A stretch of DNA of 44,419 bases. Origin: Candidatus Limnocylindrales bacterium (lineage in GTDB: Bacteria; Chloroflexota; Limnocylindria; Limnocylindrales; CSP1-4). Below the pieces are notes generated by a model that worked only from the letters and a program-made list of their open reading frames with translations, was not told the origin of the DNA and made no database searches. Of this stretch, positions 40,508-44,419 are shown in pieces. A program made the position numbers and the translations under genes. How positions within the stretch are numbered: position 1 is the first letter of the stretch; the number at the start of each line of letters is the position of its first letter. The stretch is taken from assembly GCA_039925225.1 (NCBI GenBank), contig JBDSZH010000169.1, positions 1-44,419 of the forward strand, written 5' to 3'.

Positions 40508-43278
40508 TCGTCCGAGCGGGGGCGAGCGAGCGGCGTCGCCAGAGGGTCAACCCGAATCACGCGGCCTCCCGAACCTACCCTTTTGAGCCGTAGGGCGAGC
40601 TGCGTTCGCGACCGAACCGCGAGCTTCCCGTAGATGCGGGTGAGATGAGCTTCGACTGTGGCGACGGTCGTCGACAGCTCGGCCGCGACTTCGCGATTTG
40701 TTCGACCATCCACCACGAGGGCTGCGACCCGCAGCTCGCTTGGGGTCAGCGCGTCGCCCGATGACGGCCGCGGACGCGCACGTTTGAGCTCCAGAGTCGC
40801 GCGGTCGAGGGCCGGCTGGGCGCCAAGCTCCGTGAACAACGCGATAGCGCGATCCATGCTCACGGCGGCCTGGCGACGTTGGCCGGCCCGCCGCAAACCC
40901 GCGCCGTGGGCCATGAGCGACTGGCCGAGCTCCCACGGAGCGCCGATCCCTTCGAACGTGCGCGACGCCTGTTCCAGCAGCGACTGCGCTCGGACGGCAT
41001 CGCCCTCTGCCTGGGCAATGATCCCGCGGCTCAGCGCGACGGCAGCCTCCCCCCACGCACCGAACTGGTCATGACGCCGTTCCAGGATGAGCGTGAGCTC
41101 ACCGGCACGTGCCAGTCGATCGGCGGCAACCATCACGGCAACCGTCTCCGGAATGAAGACGGCGAACTCTGCGGCACGGGATCCGCTGCGATCGCTGTGC
41201 TCAAACAGCGGTGCCATCAGGTCCGCGGCCTCGGCGATCCGGCCGTTGCCGAGCGCCATCAGCCCGACCGCGAAATTCGCCGCGGCGCCCACGACCGGGT
41301 CGCCGGTGGAGAACGGTGAGGCGAGGAGCTCCGCCGCATCATCGAGCGCGCCGGTTTCGCCCCGGCGTCCGCGGAGGTTTGCGCGGCGTACGAGGGCCAT
41401 CATCCGCCAGTAGTCGCGAGCGTCGGCAAGGGCTCGCTCGAGGAGCGCTGCGGCTTCGTCCCACCGTCCGCAGCGCATCGCCAGATCCGCGCCAAAGATG
41501 TTGAGGCGCATGGCCAGCCCCTCGTCGCCACGGTCCTCCGCGATGCGCCGCTCGTCGGCCATGAGCTCCAGCGCCGCGTGGAAGTCCCCGCGCCACATGC
41601 GCTCATGCGCGAACGCGAGCCGAGGCGTGTGATCACCTGCAGCAGTTGGATCGCGCTTGATGATCGATACGGCACGGCGGAAGTGATCGACCGCGCCAGC
41701 TTTACCCGCAAGTGACATGACCAACCCCGCCGTGGTGAGCGCCGTGACGAGGGTCGCGTCGTCGCCGAGGGTCTCCGCCATGTCGATCGCAGCTGCGGCC
41801 TCGACGATCGCGGGCTCCAGGTCGCCAAGCCACGCGCCGCGCTGCCAGGCAAGCTGGGCCAGGGTTCTCGTCCGAAGCCGCTCGTCGCGGTGCGGCTCGC
41901 GATTTGCCGACTCAAGCAGGGTCACGGCAGTGTTCGGATCTGTTGAGGTGAGGGCCTGCTGCCCGAGCGCGCGGACGCGGACGGTTCCTCGTACGGGGCC
42001 GGCGAGCAGCTCCTCGACAAGTGCCGTTGCGCCACGTTCATCGGCGGCGACGAACAGGTAGTCAGCCTGGTCCATGACACGACGGGCTCGACCTTCCGGG
42101 TCCGACGACGGCGTCAGCCTGACCGCATGCCCGGCGAGCTCTGCTGCCGTCTCCGGTGCCCCGCGATGGCTCGCTGTCCGGGCCGCATCCTCGAGCTCCC
42201 GCGCCACTTCCTCGTCGGCATCGGCCGATGCGAGTGCCAGATGGCGCGCGCGCAATGCCCCGTCCAGGCTCGCGGTCGCCGCCTGTCGATGAAGCTCCCG
42301 TCGTCGTCCGGGCGGAATCCGGCCGTACGCGCCGGTAGCAAGCAACGGATGGTTGAACCGAACCACGCGATCCTGTTCGACGAGGATGCCGGCTTCGATC
42401 GCGAGGTCCAGCGCGCTGCCGTCCGCGAACGAGGAGAGCGGCATGGGACCGAGCACCGCGACGCGCTCGATCGCAGGCGCAGCGCGTCGGTCGACCGCCT
42501 CCAGCCGACTGCCCACCAGGTCGTCGAGGGACCTCGGCAGACGATCGTCCGGCGCGCTCGCGAGCTGCTCGGCAAAGAACGGGTTGCCGGCGGAATCGAG
42601 ATGAATTCGCCGAACGCGGTGCGCCGGCAGCTCCGGCTGCATACGGGATCGGAGCATCGCCCCCAGCGCCACGGCGTCGAGACCAGCGAGGGGCACGTCG
42701 ATCGCGCGATTGCCGAGAGCGCCGGCGAGGCCAACCGGGTCTGCGTTGCCGTCGCGAAGGCTCATCACGAAACCCACCCGGCGACCCTCGAGTCGTCTGG
42801 CGGCAAAAGCGAGCGCTCGCGCGGACGCTGCATCCAGCCATTGCGCGTCATCGATGGCGACGACCACGGGAGCGGACGTCGAGAGCTCCTCGAGTAGTGC
42901 CAGGGTTGCCCGACCAACCAGCAGCGGGTCGCCCGATTCAGGCTCGCTTCCGACCGACAATGCGCCGGACAGCGCTTGTCGCAGCGGCGCCGACAGCTTT
43001 GCAAGCACGGGCTCGGACGCCTCGCCCAGCAGGTCGCCGAGGGCCGCGTATCCCAGGCGAAGCTCCGCTTCCACCGGTCGGCTGATCAGGATGCGCGCAC
43101 CTCGCGCGAGGGCCTCCGTCCTCGCGGCCAGCCAGATCGTGGACTTGCCGATTCCGGCCTCGCCACGGAAGACGAGGGCTGCTGGGCCGCCGCCGAGCAG
43201 CTCCAGCCAGCGCTGGACCTCGGCGAGCTCGGCGTCGCGCCCGATGAGACTGGGACGCTCGTGCAGCCCGGCCGTCAT
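40504..43278 (-). CDS. LAL/MalT-like LuxR-family regulator (N-terminal AAA/STAND ATPase, TPR-like middle, C-terminal LuxR HTH)
   Basis: Walker A GEAGIGKST and Walker B VVVAIDDAQWLD. The C-terminus LTPSELRVAALVVDGRTNREVAAELSTTVATVEAHLTRIYGKL is a LuxR/GerE HTH. Start set at ATG 43278 (MTAGLHERPSLIGRD). Confidence 0.9.
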   Translation of the reverse strand: MTAGLHERPSLIGRDAELAEVQRWLELLGGGPAALVFRGEAGIGKSTIWLAARTEALARGARILISRPVEAELRLGYAALGDLLGEASEPVLAKLSAPLRQALSGALSVGSEPESGDPLLVGRATLALLEELSTSAPVVVAIDDAQWLDAASARALAFAARRLEGRRVGFVMSLRDGNADPVGLAGALGNRAIDVPLAGLDAVALGAMLRSRMQPELPAHRVRRIHLDSAGNPFFAEQLASAPDDRLPRSLDDLVGSRLEAVDRRAAPAIERVAVLGPMPLSSFADGSALDLAIEAGILVEQDRVVRFNHPLLATGAYGRIPPGRRRELHRQAATASLDGALRARHLALASADADEEVARELEDAARTASHRGAPETAAELAGHAVRLTPSSDPEGRARRVMDQADYLFVAADERGATALVEELLAGPVRGTVRVRALGQQALTSTDPNTAVTLLESANREPHRDERLRTRTLAQLAWQRGAWLGDLEPAIVEAAAAIDMAETLGDDATLVTALTTAGLVMSLAGKAGAVDHFRRAVSIIKRDPTAAGDHTPRLAFAHERMWRGDFHAALELMADERRIAEDRGDEGLAMRLNIFGADLAMRCGRWDEAAALLERALADARDYWRMMALVRRANLRGRRGETGALDDAAELLASPFSTGDPVVGAAANFAVGLMALGNGRIAEAADLMAPLFEHSDRSGSRAAEFAVFIPETVAVMVAADRLARAGELTLILERRHDQFGAWGEAAVALSRGIIAQAEGDAVRAQSLLEQASRTFEGIGAPWELGQSLMAHGAGLRRAGQRRQAAVSMDRAIALFTELGAQPALDRATLELKRARPRPSSGDALTPSELRVAALVVDGRTNREVAAELSTTVATVEAHLTRIYGKLAVRSRTQLALRLKRVGSGGRVIRVDPLATPLARPRSDD

Positions 43279-43408
43279 GCAGGAACCATTCCGGTCGAAT
43301 TGTGGGGTTTCCCTCGATGCGCCGCAGCGGTGGTCAGTCGCATCGTGAATGCAGGGCAAGACGCTCACCCGGATGACGAGCCGGGCCTACGACATTTCGG
43401 AGATGAAC

Positions 43409-43969
43409 ATGCATCGACGACGACTCATGGCACTCGCGCTCCTGGCCGTGCTCGGCGCGGCGACAAGCGCGACCGTGCTGGCGAAATCAGGGCCGCTCGG
43501 GCCGGGGCTGAAGGAGATTCGCTCCGCGGTTGCGCGCTATCACGACTACGCCAACGCGGCCTTCGATGGCTACAGCACCGCGGGCGAACCGTGCGTGGCG
43601 TCGCCCGCCGGGACGATGGGCTTCCATGCCGTCAACCCGGGGTTGCTCGCGGCCGGCTCTGTCGACGCGCTTCGGCCGCCGATTCTCCTGTACGTGCCGC
43701 GCGCCGACGGGAGCCTGAAACTCGTTGCCGTCGAGTACTGGAACATCGCCCTCGCGAATACCGACAACGGTCCGGCACCGTGGTCCGGGGCAGAGGCGCC
43801 GCCGCTGGGCTTCTTCAACCCTGCCCCGAGCGTCCTCGGGCAGACCTTCGACGGCCCGATGGCCGGCCACAATCCGCAGATGCCGTGGCACTACGACCTG
43901 CATGCCTGGGTGGTGGAGAACAACCCGGCCGGCACGTTCAGCCAGTGGAACCCGTCCATCTCCTGCTAG
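43409..43969 (+). CDS. Secreted hypothetical protein
   Basis: Signal peptide MHRRRLMALALLAVLGAATSATVLA, with GGAG 6 nt upstream. Balanced, Trp/Tyr/His-containing mature part. Ends in Cys. Confidence 0.6.
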   Translation: MHRRRLMALALLAVLGAATSATVLAKSGPLGPGLKEIRSAVARYHDYANAAFDGYSTAGEPCVASPAGTMGFHAVNPGLLAAGSVDALRPPILLYVPRADGSLKLVAVEYWNIALANTDNGPAPWSGAEAPPLGFFNPAPSVLGQTFDGPMAGHNPQMPWHYDLHAWVVENNPAGTFSQWNPSISC

Positions 43970-43978
43970 TGATCGCGT

Positions 43979-44012
43979 AACGGCCCCGGGCACATGCCCG
44001 GGGCCGTTTTGA
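43979..44012 (+). terminator. Intrinsic terminator
   Basis: AACGGCCCCGGGCA-ca-TGCCCGGGGCCGTT followed by TTGA, so the run of Ts continues into the stem end. Confidence 0.75.
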
Positions 44013-44086
44013 TTCCCCGACGCGCGCGACTCAGCGGAAGGCGAACCGACGGCGGCAGGATATAGCGCCGACCGAGGGTGCGGGAC

Positions 44087-44419
44087 CTACTGAGGGCGGC
44101 GCGCCCGATACCGGTCCGCGACTGCCCGGTCGAGCTTCTCGATCGAGTAGCGGACCATCACACGAGGCATAGAGGCCGCGTGTGCATCGAGGAAGGCCAG
44201 GAGCCGTGCCTCGTCTCGCTTGCCGGCTTCACGCAGCATCCAGCCGACGGCCTTGTGCACAAGATCTTCTGCGTCACCCAGCAGCAGCTCGGCGATCCTG
44301 TAGGCATCGTCGAGGTCGCCGTGCCGGATGAACGCGAACGTGCTGAGGACGGCCGATCGGCGTTCCATCGGTCGATTCGAACGGGCCAGCTGGTAAAGGA
44401 CGTCGCGCGGCTTGTCCCG
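44087..44419 (-). CDS. DNA alkylation repair (AlkD-like HEAT-repeat) protein, 5' end beyond right window edge
   Basis: The frame stays open upstream of the listed Met (RDKPRDVLYQLARSNRPMERRSAVLSTFAFIRHGDLDDAYRIAELLLGDAEDLVHKAVGWMLREAGK), the typical C-terminal pattern of AlkD-like proteins. Confidence 0.7.
   Translation of the reverse strand, partial: RDKPRDVLYQLARSNRPMERRSAVLSTFAFIRHGDLDDAYRIAELLLGDAEDLVHKAVGWMLREAGKRDEARLLAFLDAHAASMPRVMVRYSIEKLDRAVADRYRARRPQ

Noticed and set aside
1-44419. Mobile elements, prophage or a genomic island.
   Set aside because: No transposase, integrase, recombinase, phage structural gene, tRNA attachment site or long terminal inverted repeats were seen. The only IR-like structure (19697-19821) is tiny and is reported as a finding instead.

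Overview
High-GC, strongly GC3-skewed, actinobacterial-type chromosomal segment. It holds about 45 protein-coding genes on both strands, many joined by 4-bp ATGA/GTGA/TTGA start-stop overlaps. By eye I found no rRNA, tRNA, CRISPR array, transposase or integrase. Many long ORFs in the six-frame track are Arg/Pro/Gly/Ser-rich shadows antisense to real genes and were discarded, and several real genes start well inside their listed ORFs. Left to right: a partial coiled-coil protein that runs off the left edge and is absent from the ORF track, moaA, and a roughly 790-bp repeat-rich spacer with a DnaA-box-like cluster. Then punA, thyX, and a class III cyclase-STAND-TPR protein flanked by two stand-alone cNMP-binding proteins and a flavoprotein. 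Next come aquaporin plus class II aldolase, a PPOX-family protein, a small 4-Cys ORF, an ABC-2 exporter, an alpha/beta hydrolase, and a GreA carrying a roughly 300-aa N-terminal extension. A DUF2089-DUF4097-LiaX-like operon follows, then an HhH-GPD protein, a repeat-rich 480-bp spacer and an F420-type nitroreductase. Next is a five-gene SorC-FGGY kinase-NitT/TauT ABC importer operon, a TerB-like protein and a cupin-PAC2-glutaredoxin-like operon. Then two tandem M43 metalloprotease paralogs, an aldehyde dehydrogenase, a disrupted EamA transporter and a SpoIID/LytB protein. The right end holds lipoproteins, an MBL hydrolase, a SnoaL-like protein, LysE, a DHA2 MFS transporter, a LAL-type LuxR regulator, a secreted protein and a partial AlkD-like gene. 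The best candidates for something undescribed are (1) the cyclase-STAND plus output-less cNMP-binding protein module, (2) the N-terminally extended GreA, and (3) the iteron-like repeat plus phased DnaA-box cluster next to nucleotide-metabolism genes. All functional calls rest on motif recognition by eye; no searches were run.
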